From Christensenella sp. UBA5489 (GTDB lineage: Bacteria > Bacillota > Clostridia > Christensenellales > UBA1242), in the NCBI GenBank assembly GCA_002424095.1, contig DIPL01000014.1, positions 27,386 to 91,385 on the forward strand: a stretch of DNA of 64,000 nt. The letters run 5' to 3'. How positions within the stretch are numbered: the stretch's first letter is position 1; each line of letters opens with the position of its first letter. Of this stretch, positions 45,180 through 53,607 are shown one piece after another. The notes beneath the pieces were generated by a model, which was not told the origin of the DNA, made no database searches, and saw only the letters and a list, made by a program, of their open reading frames with translations. Position numbers and translations under genes: made by a program.

Positions 45180-46211
45180 ATGATATACAAAAAATCTGTT
45201 GTATTGAGTTCAATCGACAATTCTTTAAAAAAAGCGGTTTTAAACCTTGATGGAAAAACTGGCAAGATTAAAGGCGAAGTCAAATTATATAATTTTACAG
45301 AAGAACCCATGACTGAACTTTCGCTCGGTCTTTTAATCGACCAAAAAATTCATAAAATAAACCTTTCGAGAGTTGGCTATATGGCTTATACATCGGATTC
45401 AGTTTTTATAAATATTCCCGAAAACTGTACGTGTGCCTTGTTTGGTTCAAAAAGCGGAAAATCTGAACCACTTTTGCTTGGTGCGATTTCAGGGAGCAGT
45501 GCGTCTTTGGAAGAAAGGTTGATTTCCGGATTGCGTGCATTGGAACAAACTTCTGCTTCGGTAGCGGGGAAAATTTTGAGTGAAAGTAAAATTGAATTCG
45601 ACGATGATGAAGAAATTGAAGAAGAAATTGATAATTGTTTAAAAAAAACAACTTGTGAAAATTGTACTTATAAATCAGTCTTTTATAAAAATAAAAAAGA
45701 TTTTCGTACTTCGTCAAAAGATTTAAACAATTTTGAGTATTTAGAAAAGAATATTAATTCAGATAAAAATAGTGGCTCTGATAATAATTCGGACTATAAA
45801 AATAGTCAATTAATTGATGAAACTAAGAAAAATATAAAAAACGGAGAATTAAAAACTCCCACAGAAAACAGTGTTTATTTCTTTGATGAAATAAGTTCTC
45901 AAATTAATAAACTTTTTGACAATTATCCGACAGATGAGATTCTTTGCGATATAATTCCGAATTCTAAGTGGGTTAAAGTCGATTATGAAAACGATGAAAA
46001 ATTTTATGTTGTTGGACTTATATATTCGAACAGCGAAGTGAAATATGTTTGCTACGGTTTTCCTGCTATGTGGACAAAATTGCCGCCCGCAGATTTCAAT
46101 GAAAAAGCACAATGGCTCCCGATTGATGTTGAAGAGCCGCATGGTAACGGATATTGGATAACATATCAAGATGCACAGGATGGAGAAATGGTGCGTGTTG
46201 ACATAATTTAA
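45180..46211 (+). CDS. Hypothetical protein with a conserved-looking C-terminal domain
   Basis: GGAG SD. The C-terminus YVVGLIYSNSEVKYVCYGFPAMW...GYWITYQDAQDGEMVRV looks like a folded domain. The middle is low complexity with a C-x6-C-x2-C cluster. Confidence 0.5.
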   Translation: MIYKKSVVLSSIDNSLKKAVLNLDGKTGKIKGEVKLYNFTEEPMTELSLGLLIDQKIHKINLSRVGYMAYTSDSVFINIPENCTCALFGSKSGKSEPLLLGAISGSSASLEERLISGLRALEQTSASVAGKILSESKIEFDDDEEIEEEIDNCLKKTTCENCTYKSVFYKNKKDFRTSSKDLNNFEYLEKNINSDKNSGSDNNSDYKNSQLIDETKKNIKNGELKTPTENSVYFFDEISSQINKLFDNYPTDEILCDIIPNSKWVKVDYENDEKFYVVGLIYSNSEVKYVCYGFPAMWTKLPPADFNEKAQWLPIDVEEPHGNGYWITYQDAQDGEMVRVDII

Positions 46212-46278
46212 AAAACCAACAATTAATTTTGTGAGTTAAAATTTTATTTAATAAAATTATTTTTTGATTATTTATAAT

Positions 46279-46983
46279 TTACTTCTTATCATCCTTTTTA
46301 GTAGGTGGCTGAGTAATTCGATTTGCATATTCGTAATGCGTCTCATTTTTTGCAAAAATATCTTTACAATATTTTTCTAATAATCTTATAAAATTCTTAT
46401 ATGCTGGTAAAAAGCTTTTCGGTGCTAAAAGTTCAATTGTAAGTTCTTTATTTTTTCTTTGCTGTTTAGTTGCTGTGTTATTGTATACCACGTCTTCAAA
46501 ATAAAGATTGCTTTTAAATCCAGTACCGTTGAAGGCTTTGTATACAGTAGTTTTAATGTTTACGATGATTTTTGGTCTAACGTTTTTTATAACGTATTCC
46601 AAATCAATTGAAAATTGAGTGGAAAACATGGATGTAATTCCGTTAATTAAATAGAAACTATGCATATATGGAGTATCAGAATGTTTAATTTGATGTCTAT
46701 AAATTTCATTTCTTTTCAGTTTTGAAGTACTTGGTAAAATACTACGTCTTTGAATCACAAAATAATATTTCCCTTTTTCCCAAGTTTTATATAACAAAAT
46801 ACCAGTGTTTGTCAATAAGTTTTCTGGCGTGTCATAATAAATAATACTATATTTATACCGTCCTTCATAAGAGAATTCATCAATATTTAAACTTCTCGCC
46901 TGAGAAAGAATTTTTTTTTCGGCGACATTTGTTAAAATGTCATACCTTTTAAATTTATCATCTTCTAAATATGCGGTTTCCAT
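46279..46983 (-). CDS. Hypothetical protein (weak CYTH-like resemblance)
   Basis: YYDTPENLLTNTGILLYK recalls the CYTH-domain pattern Y.DTP...L...G..LR, but I see no clear ExExK motif. Confidence 0.4.
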   Translation of the reverse strand: METAYLEDDKFKRYDILTNVAEKKILSQARSLNIDEFSYEGRYKYSIIYYDTPENLLTNTGILLYKTWEKGKYYFVIQRRSILPSTSKLKRNEIYRHQIKHSDTPYMHSFYLINGITSMFSTQFSIDLEYVIKNVRPKIIVNIKTTVYKAFNGTGFKSNLYFEDVVYNNTATKQQRKNKELTIELLAPKSFLPAYKNFIRLLEKYCKDIFAKNETHYEYANRITQPPTKKDDKK

Positions 46984-47117
46984 TTAAAACTCCACTTTAA
47001 TATTTCTTATATTATACAATTAAAATCAATTAAAAATCAAGCAAATTAAATAGTTTACGATTATATTTTAATTCTTAAATTTATATTTACATTGTTTAAT
47101 AAAAATTAATTAATATA

Positions 47118-47146
47118 TTGAAAAAATGTTTAAAATGAATTATAAT
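47118..47146 (+). promoter_or_regulatory. Sigma-A-type promoter upstream of prfA
   Basis: TTGAAA, 17-nt spacer, TATAAT. Confidence 0.5.
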
Positions 47147-47190
47147 TATTATGCAAGGCAACTTGTGTGAATTAATAAAAAGGATACTAA

Positions 47191-48261
47191 ATGATAGAGA
47201 AGACGAAAAAAATCAAACAAAGATATGATGAATTGACACTGCTTGTAACAAATCAGGAAATTATAGCCGATAATAAGCAAATGAAAAAATTAATTAAAGA
47301 AAGAAACGCAATTGAAGAAATTGCAGATATTCATCAAATTCTAGAAAAAACATTAAATGAAAAAGCAGAAACCGAAGAAATTTTGAAAAACGAAAAAGAA
47401 AACGAAATAAAGCATTTATTCGAAGATGAATTGGTTTTAATTAACAAACATATCAATGAATTGGAAGAAAAAATTAAAGTGCTTTTGCTTCCAAAAGATG
47501 AAAATGACGAAAATAATGTTATTATTGAAATAAGACAAGCTGCGGGCGGTGATGAATCCGCTCTTTTCGGTAGACAGCTTATGAATATGTATATTCGCTA
47601 TGCCGAGCGTAAAGGTTGGAAAGTTGAAATTATTAACATTTCAGAAAGCGAAATAGGTGGAATAAAAGAAGTAACTTTTATAATAAAAGGGAAAAATGCT
47701 TATAAAAATCTAAAATTTGAAAGCGGCGTGCATAGGGTTCAGCGTGTTCCTGAAACTGAATCGCAGGGCAGGGTTCACACGTCAACCACAACCGTTGCGG
47801 TTTTGCCCGAAGTTGAAGAAGTTGATTTTGAAATATATGATAAAGATATAAAAATAGATACATATCGGGCGAGTGGTGCCGGTGGACAGCATATCAACAA
47901 AACCGACAGTGCAATTCGGATAACTCATTTGCCGACAGGCATTGTTGTTTCTTGTCAAGATGAAAGGTCGCAGATTAAAAATAAGGAACGTGCAATGAAA
48001 GTTTTAAAATCTAAACTATATGATTTTTATAAGGGAAAAATTGAAAGCGAATATAAAGAAAACAGAAAAAATCAAATAGGCACTGGTGATAGAAGCGAGA
48101 GAATAAGGACATATAATTTTCCGCAAAGCAGAATAACCGATCATAGAATAAATTTTTCAATTTTTTCGATAGACGACTTTATGGACGGGAATATTCAAGT
48201 TTTAACTGATGAACTTTTAAGAGAAGACCAAAGAGTTAAATTAGAGCATAATACATTTTGA
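47191..48261 (+). CDS. prfA: Peptide chain release factor 1
   Basis: GGQ motif (SGAGGQHINKTDSAIRITHLPTG) and PxT codon-recognition loop (RVQRVPETESQGRVHTS). Confidence 0.95.
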   Translation: MIEKTKKIKQRYDELTLLVTNQEIIADNKQMKKLIKERNAIEEIADIHQILEKTLNEKAETEEILKNEKENEIKHLFEDELVLINKHINELEEKIKVLLLPKDENDENNVIIEIRQAAGGDESALFGRQLMNMYIRYAERKGWKVEIINISESEIGGIKEVTFIIKGKNAYKNLKFESGVHRVQRVPETESQGRVHTSTTTVAVLPEVEEVDFEIYDKDIKIDTYRASGAGGQHINKTDSAIRITHLPTGIVVSCQDERSQIKNKERAMKVLKSKLYDFYKGKIESEYKENRKNQIGTGDRSERIRTYNFPQSRITDHRINFSIFSIDDFMDGNIQVLTDELLREDQRVKLEHNTF

Positions 48262-48330
48262 AATAAAAGGCTAAAATTATCTCTTTGCTTTAATGCAACA
48301 AATTCTAAAACAAACTGAAAAAAATATATC

Positions 48331-48359
48331 TTGCATTTATTTAAGAAAATTGATATAAT
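48331..48359 (+). promoter_or_regulatory. Sigma-A-type promoter upstream of the DUF4097-like gene
   Basis: TTGCAT, 17-nt spacer, TATAAT. Confidence 0.5.
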
Positions 48360-48395
48360 AATTAATATAAGAATAAATTAATTAAGGATAAAAAG

Positions 48396-49787
48396 ATGCC
48401 GCAGAATTCAAAAAGTGGACTAAAAGTTTTTATTTTTCTTTTAATAGCAATAATAGGCTCAATCATACTAGGCATTGGTGCTTTCTTAATACTATCTCCC
48501 GGTTCGGAAATATTTGGTATATCTTATAATTGCAATATAGACAAAACCACGGTAAGTAAACTTCAAGTATATGGCACGGAAGTTGACATTAATATATCGC
48601 AATATAATAAAGTTGTTATTGAAACAAAAGATGCAAAAGTAAAAGTGGCACGTGGTTATGATAATGCTGCGGTAACAAATTTTGAAATAGATAAAAGTTC
48701 CTATGGATTTTATTATGTTGGCGATAAAGTAGATTATACTTATAACATATACTCCTCCGGAGATACTCTATTTTTTAAATTAAATGAGCCTGAATATTCT
48801 TTTTTAAAGTTAAGAGCGCAAACCGAATTGATATTAAATATTAACGCAAATCAACAACTTCAAGAAAACCTATCTTTTGATATAATTACGCAAAATGGAG
48901 GCATTGAAATCGGCGGAGCAACTTCTTTAACTGAAGCAACAACATATCCGATAAATCTAAATAATATATCAATTCAAACAGAAAGCGGTGTTATAACTTT
49001 CAATGATACGGCTTTTGTTAAAAATGATATAGATTTAGAAAACAGCAGTGGTACAGTATTGTTTAAAAGTGAATTAAATTCGAATAATGTAAATATAAAG
49101 TCAAATAATGTAAATGTTAATTCGAATGATTTGAATGTAATAAATTTGAATATTGAAAGTACAAAGAGTGACATTAAGATTGGAAACGTTTCTGGAAATG
49201 TTTATTTGGATGTTACAGCAGGAATATTTAATTTTAAACAAATATATGGCAATTTTATTTCATCTGAAAAAATTGATTCTGCTCGAATATTAATTGAAAA
49301 AGTTGATGGGAATGTACAAATTTGCAACAATCAGGGAAGATTTACGGTTGATATTAAAGATACGAACGGAGAAATAAATATTTTGACTGATGCGGGAAAT
49401 GTGAAAATAGGAAATATTCGTAAACAAGCCACTATTGAAACTCGCACTGCAAATGTTGATGTAACAGTTGCCCAAAATAATAAAAATAGAGTAATGGTTG
49501 AAACAAAAAATGGAAGCGTAAAAGCAGATTTTAAAAGTATTCTTGAAGGACACGAAATAACGACCGAAAGAGGACGAATTGAAATGAGATGTTCGATTCA
49601 ATGTGCTTTTTATTTGAATGCAAATTCTGATAACGGTTATATAAATACGGTTTGGAAAGGCGAAAGAACAAAAGGGAAAAAAATTATAAACTCTTCTATT
49701 GGAAGTGAGAATCCGAATTCAATGAACAAATTAACGCTTTTCTCCAACTATGGCGACATTATAATGGATAGATATGGTGGCGATTAA
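48396..49787 (+). CDS. Membrane-anchored beta-strand-repeat protein (DUF4097-like)
   Basis: N-terminal TM segment, then repetitive short beta-strand units (GNVSGNVYLDVTAGIFNF, VDGNVQICNNQGRFTVDI, TDAGNVKIGNI) of the kind I associate with DUF4097/YvlB-type proteins. Confidence 0.45.
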   Translation: MPQNSKSGLKVFIFLLIAIIGSIILGIGAFLILSPGSEIFGISYNCNIDKTTVSKLQVYGTEVDINISQYNKVVIETKDAKVKVARGYDNAAVTNFEIDKSSYGFYYVGDKVDYTYNIYSSGDTLFFKLNEPEYSFLKLRAQTELILNINANQQLQENLSFDIITQNGGIEIGGATSLTEATTYPINLNNISIQTESGVITFNDTAFVKNDIDLENSSGTVLFKSELNSNNVNIKSNNVNVNSNDLNVINLNIESTKSDIKIGNVSGNVYLDVTAGIFNFKQIYGNFISSEKIDSARILIEKVDGNVQICNNQGRFTVDIKDTNGEINILTDAGNVKIGNIRKQATIETRTANVDVTVAQNNKNRVMVETKNGSVKADFKSILEGHEITTERGRIEMRCSIQCAFYLNANSDNGYINTVWKGERTKGKKIINSSIGSENPNSMNKLTLFSNYGDIIMDRYGGD

Positions 49788-49833
49788 TAGATTATTTCAA
49801 AATCTACGTGTCTAAAATTAAGGGGAAATATAA

Positions 49834-50433
49834 TTGGAAAAGGAAACAGTATTATCAAGTATTGAAAAATTTGCAGTTGAGAATAAAGTTCCTATATTAT
49901 TGCCTGAGTCTAGAACTGTTTTAAAAGAAATCATAAAAAGTCGAAAGCCACAAAATATATTGGAAATTGGTACTGCGATAGGTTATTCTGGCTGCTTAAT
50001 GTTACTCAATTCGCATGAAAGCAAATTGACAACAATTGAAAAAGATAGCAATATGATTGAAGTTGCGAAATCTAATTTCCAACATGTTGATTTAATGGAT
50101 AGAGTTTTTCTTTTGCACGGCGATGCAACCGAAATAATAAAAAACTTGCCGAAAAAGTATGATTTTATTTTTTTAGATGGACCGAAATCCCAATATGTTC
50201 ATCAGTTACCTTTTTTGTTAGATATATTGAATGAAAAGGGATTGATTCTTGCAGATAATGTATGTTTTAGGGGGCTCGTATTTTCAAAAAGTGATTTGCC
50301 TAAAAAAAATAAATATAAAACAATAGTTAAAAATTTACGAAAATTTATTGATGATGTGAAAAATAATCCGAGTTTAAAATATGAGATTTTAGAGATTGGA
50401 GATGGTTTAATGATAATTCAGAAAGCCGAATAA
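49834..50433 (+). CDS. Class I SAM-dependent O-methyltransferase (family 3, YrrM/TrmR-like)
   Basis: ILEIGTAIGYSG SAM motif, FIFLDGPKSQY, and a length of ~200 aa. Confidence 0.75.
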   Translation: MEKETVLSSIEKFAVENKVPILLPESRTVLKEIIKSRKPQNILEIGTAIGYSGCLMLLNSHESKLTTIEKDSNMIEVAKSNFQHVDLMDRVFLLHGDATEIIKNLPKKYDFIFLDGPKSQYVHQLPFLLDILNEKGLILADNVCFRGLVFSKSDLPKKNKYKTIVKNLRKFIDDVKNNPSLKYEILEIGDGLMIIQKAE

Positions 50434-50434
50434 C

Positions 50435-50462
50435 AATGCATATTGTTAGATATTTATGCATT
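50435..50462 (+). terminator. Intrinsic terminator after the O-methyltransferase gene
   Basis: aatgcat / atgcatt 7-bp stem followed by TTTT. Confidence 0.45.
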
Positions 50463-50638
50463 TTTTAAAACTACTTACGTATATCTTTTTAAATTGTTTT
50501 CTAATGTTTAATAAACTTAATTTGCCGATACAAACGGCTCTTTTTTATATTAAAATTAATTTTCAAAATAAGAATATATACACAATATATTGCATAATTT
50601 TAAGGGCTTAGGAAAAACTAATATTAAGGAGGATAAAA

Positions 50639-50806
50639 ATGAGAGAGATTCTTTTTGGCGTTGCGCTAGGCACTGTGCTTGGGGCGTTATTATATAAGAA
50701 AAATGAATGTGCGAAAGATTTAATAGACCAGGGCGAGCAAATGGTGAAGAAAGAAATTGAAAAAATGGAAAAAGAAAATAACCAAAGTAAAAAGAAAGCA
50801 TCTTAG
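50639..50806 (+). CDS. Small YtxH-like membrane protein (55 aa), absent from the ORF track
   Basis: Strong SD (AAGGAGGATAAAA ATG). It translates to MREILFGVALGTVLGALLYKKNECAKDLIDQGEQMVKKEIEKMEKENNQSKKKAS. A terminator follows. Confidence 0.6.
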   Translation: MREILFGVALGTVLGALLYKKNECAKDLIDQGEQMVKKEIEKMEKENNQSKKKAS

Positions 50807-50851
50807 ACTTTTGGTTATTCTCTTATAAAATTCTATTAATGTGTAAGAAAC

Positions 50852-50878
50852 AAACGCATAGTGTATAATTATGCGTTT
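50852..50878. terminator. Bidirectional intrinsic terminator between the small ORF and trxB
   Basis: aaacgcata / tatgcgttt 9-bp stem, 9-nt loop, T-run downstream. Confidence 0.7.
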
Positions 50879-50898
50879 TTTTATTTCGAAATTTTTAA

Positions 50899-51837
50899 TT
50901 ATTGAACATTTAATAAATAATTATTAACCGAAACCGAAGCAATGGCACCGTCTGCGCAGGCTGTTATAATTTGTCTGAGTGTTTTATGTCTGACATCACC
51001 TGCGGCATAAACTCCTGCAATATTGGTGTTCATATTTTCATCGGTAATTATATATCCCATTTCATCAAGAGATAAAATACCTTTAAGTGGCTCTGTGTCA
51101 GGTTTTCTTCCGATTGCTATAAAGAGTCCGTCAACATCTAAATCTCTTGTATTTTTAGTCAATATATCTTCAATTAAAATACTTTCAAGTTTGTCGGTGC
51201 CATCAAGCTTTTTAACAACAGAGTTTAAAATTATTTCAACTTTGGAATTTGATTTTTTGGCAAGAGTTGTTACCTTATTTAAAGATGCTTCATCGCATCT
51301 AAATTTACTATGCTTGTGAATAATATAAATCTTTTTGGCGAGGTCGTAAAGATATAGAGCATCTTCCATAGAAGTATTTCCACCGCCAACAACAGCCACC
51401 GTTTTATTTTTGAAGAAATTACCATCACAAGTTGCACAATAGCTGATACCCTTGCCGACAAACTTTTGTTCATTTTCGACTTCTAATTGTTTACTATATG
51501 CTCCTAAACAAAGTAGAATAGTTTTTGATTCAAATGTTCCATTATTGGTTTTTATTCTTTTAACTTTTCCAATTATGTCATATTCAAGTGCATCTGCGAA
51601 TATGATTTGAAGCCCTAATTTTGTTGCCTGTTCAAAAAGTTTAACTGCTAAATCTGCACCGTTAATTCTTTCAAAACCAGGATAATTTTCAATGTTCTTT
51701 GTTACTGCAACTTGACCGCCTGGCATCATTCTTTCAATCATTAAGATATTTTTTTTTGCTCTTAATGCGTAAATAGCCGCTGTAAGTCCTGCGGGACCAG
51801 CCCCTATTATAATTAAATCGTACATCTTTCCTCTCAT
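50899..51837 (-). CDS. trxB: Thioredoxin-disulfide reductase
   Basis: FAD motif YDLIIIGAGPAGLTAAIYA, redox-active CATCDG, NADPH motif VAVVGGGNTSMEDA. The start is either 51837 or the ATG at 51825. Confidence 0.93.
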   Translation of the reverse strand: MRGKMYDLIIIGAGPAGLTAAIYALRAKKNILMIERMMPGGQVAVTKNIENYPGFERINGADLAVKLFEQATKLGLQIIFADALEYDIIGKVKRIKTNNGTFESKTILLCLGAYSKQLEVENEQKFVGKGISYCATCDGNFFKNKTVAVVGGGNTSMEDALYLYDLAKKIYIIHKHSKFRCDEASLNKVTTLAKKSNSKVEIILNSVVKKLDGTDKLESILIEDILTKNTRDLDVDGLFIAIGRKPDTEPLKGILSLDEMGYIITDENMNTNIAGVYAAGDVRHKTLRQIITACADGAIASVSVNNYLLNVQ

Positions 51838-51903
51838 TTTTTTTAATTTATGATTTGATTTTTTTATAGTTTACACTATTTATATCAATTTGCAAAATGT
51901 TTT

Positions 51904-51921
51904 TGGATTTATTTAAATCCA
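51904..51921. promoter_or_regulatory. 18-bp perfect palindrome in the trxB / spoIIAA divergent region
   Basis: TGGATTTA-TT-TAAATCCA. Confidence 0.3.
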
Positions 51922-51997
51922 TAGACTATTTTATATTAGAATCAAAATAATTTATCAATAATCAAATTTACGTTAAACAATCTTATAAAAACTTAAT

Positions 51998-52032
51998 AAA
52001 AGACAAAAATTCTAAAAAATTTTTTGTCTTTT
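51998..52032. promoter_or_regulatory. 12-bp perfect inverted repeat about 40 nt upstream of spoIIAA
   Basis: aaaagacaaaaa - 11 nt - tttttgtctttt. Confidence 0.3.
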
Positions 52033-52071
52033 TCTGCTAATATTAATAAATTAATTAACAGAGGAGGGAAA

Positions 52072-52380
52072 ATGGAAGTAAAAAATCGAATTTATAATAA
52101 TACATTATATATTTTATTAAGTGGGGAACTCGATGAACATAGTGCCTATAATACAAGAATAAAGCTCGATGAAATTTTCGGCGAAAAAGGTTTTAAGCAA
52201 ATAATAATTGATTTATCAGAACTTGATTTCATGGATAGTACAGGGATAGGTGTTTTAATTGGAAGATATAAAAAAATGAAAGATAAGAACATACCAATTT
52301 TTATATGTAATCCATCAATGCACGCAGAAAAAATTTTTAAAATGACAGGTCTTTATGAAATAATGCCAAAAATAATATAA
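52072..52380 (+). CDS. spoIIAA: Anti-sigma-F factor antagonist
   Basis: STAS domain with the phosphorylatable Ser context LDFMDSTGIGVLIG. ATG at 52072 follows GGAGG. Upstream of spoIIAB-sigF. Confidence 0.92.
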   Translation: MEVKNRIYNNTLYILLSGELDEHSAYNTRIKLDEIFGEKGFKQIIIDLSELDFMDSTGIGVLIGRYKKMKDKNIPIFICNPSMHAEKIFKMTGLYEIMPKII

Positions 52381-52395
52381 ATATGAGAGGTTTAA

Positions 52396-52857
52396 ATGAA
52401 AAATTTAAAAAATGAAATGACTTTAACTTTTAAAGCAATATCAATAAATGAAAGTTTTGCAAGAGCTTGCATTGCGGCTTTTTGTATTCAGGCAGAACCG
52501 TCGCTTGAAGAAATAACTGACATAAAAACGGCAATCAGTGAAGCGGTTACGAATTGTGTTGTCCACGCATATCCACAAAAAATTGGCGAAGTTAAAATTC
52601 ACGTGCAACTTTATGATGATTCTGTTGTGATTTGGGTGAGTGATAGCGGAATCGGAATTGATAATATAGAAAAAGCACGTGAGCCGTTTTATACGACCAA
52701 ACCAGAGCAGGAAAGAAGCGGTATGGGTTTCACGGTTATGGAAAGTTTTATGGATTATACCGACGTCATTAAAAATGATGATAGGGGTATTACAGTCAAA
52801 CTTGAAAAATATTTTAGAACTAAAAAATCTTGTGCAGTCGGGGGACTTAATGCTTGA
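52396..52857 (+). CDS. spoIIAB: Anti-sigma-F factor (serine kinase)
   Basis: HATPase_c motifs AISEAVTNCVVHAY, DSGIGI and ERSGMGFTVM. Confidence 0.93.
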   Translation: MKNLKNEMTLTFKAISINESFARACIAAFCIQAEPSLEEITDIKTAISEAVTNCVVHAYPQKIGEVKIHVQLYDDSVVIWVSDSGIGIDNIEKAREPFYTTKPEQERSGMGFTVMESFMDYTDVIKNDDRGITVKLEKYFRTKKSCAVGGLNA

Positions 52858-53581
52858 ATATAATGAAACTATCAAACTCATAAAACAAGCACAAAACGGC
52901 GATGAAAAGGCGAAGACTATATTAATTGAGCAAAATGCACCGTTAGTCAAAAGTGTCATAAAAAAATTTAGAAACAAAAATTTGGAATACGATGACCTTT
53001 ATCAACTTGGTTGCGTTGGATTTTTGAAAGCGATAAATAACTTTGACACTTCGTTTAATGTGCGATTTTCGACTTATGTTGTGCCGATGATAATTGGAGA
53101 AATTAAACGTTTTTTACGTGATGATGGAATGATTAAAGTTTCTCGCACTATAAAAACGCAAAACCGTCTTATTTCAAAATTCATACAAAATTTTCAAAAT
53201 AAAAATGCAAAAAAACCAACATTACACGAAATTTCCGAAGAGTTCCAAATTGAAGAGGAAGAAATTGTCTTTATAATGGATTCTTCCAAAATGCCGATTT
53301 CAATTTATACACCGTATGAAAATGAAGAAAACGGTCTTTTGTTAATTGACCGTTATATTCAAAATTATGACAATGAAATTGTATTTGATAAACTTTTACT
53401 TAAAGAAGCATTAAATACTCTTGATGAGCGTTCGAAAAAAATTGTATTGCTTCGTTTTTTTAGAGATAAAACACAAAATGAAATCGCACAGGAGTTGAAT
53501 ATATCGCAAGTTCAAGTTTCACGCTTGGAAAATAGAATTTTAGGAATAATAAAAGAAAAGTTAAAAGTCAGCGAAAATTAA
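52850..53581 (+). CDS. sigF: RNA polymerase sporulation sigma factor SigF
   Basis: The ATG at 52850 overlaps the spoIIAB stop (ATGCTTGA). Region 2 (YDDLYQLGCVGFLKAINNFD) and region 4.2 HTH (TQNEIAQELNISQVQVSRLE) are present. Assigned by operon context. Confidence 0.9.
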   Translation: MLEYNETIKLIKQAQNGDEKAKTILIEQNAPLVKSVIKKFRNKNLEYDDLYQLGCVGFLKAINNFDTSFNVRFSTYVVPMIIGEIKRFLRDDGMIKVSRTIKTQNRLISKFIQNFQNKNAKKPTLHEISEEFQIEEEEIVFIMDSSKMPISIYTPYENEENGLLLIDRYIQNYDNEIVFDKLLLKEALNTLDERSKKIVLLRFFRDKTQNEIAQELNISQVQVSRLENRILGIIKEKLKVSEN

Positions 53582-53607
53582 ATTTTTCTCAATAAATAAT
53601 ATTATCA

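Noticed and set aside
47749-47757. RF1 codon-recognition tripeptide reads PET rather than the PAT/PVT of the E. coli and Thermus model proteins.
   Set aside because: It still fits the PxT rule, and I believe PET is common in Firmicute RF1, so it does not indicate altered stop-codon reading.
52679-52849. N-terminal extension of the sigF ORF (track start 52679), which would give a 300-aa protein.
   Set aside because: The extension overlaps spoIIAB in another frame and has no sigma-factor similarity. The ATG at 52850 overlaps the spoIIAB stop (ATGCTTGA) and yields a normal-length SigF.
52441-52977. Long antisense or overlapping ORFs in the track, for example 52441..52977(-), 60025..60690(-), 22812..22997(+), 50556..50801(-), 8954..9325(-) and 18745..19197(-).
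   Set aside because: Each lies opposite or inside a confidently identified gene or tRNA, lacks an SD and encodes low-complexity hydrophobic or basic sequence. This is typical of shadow frames of AT-rich genes.
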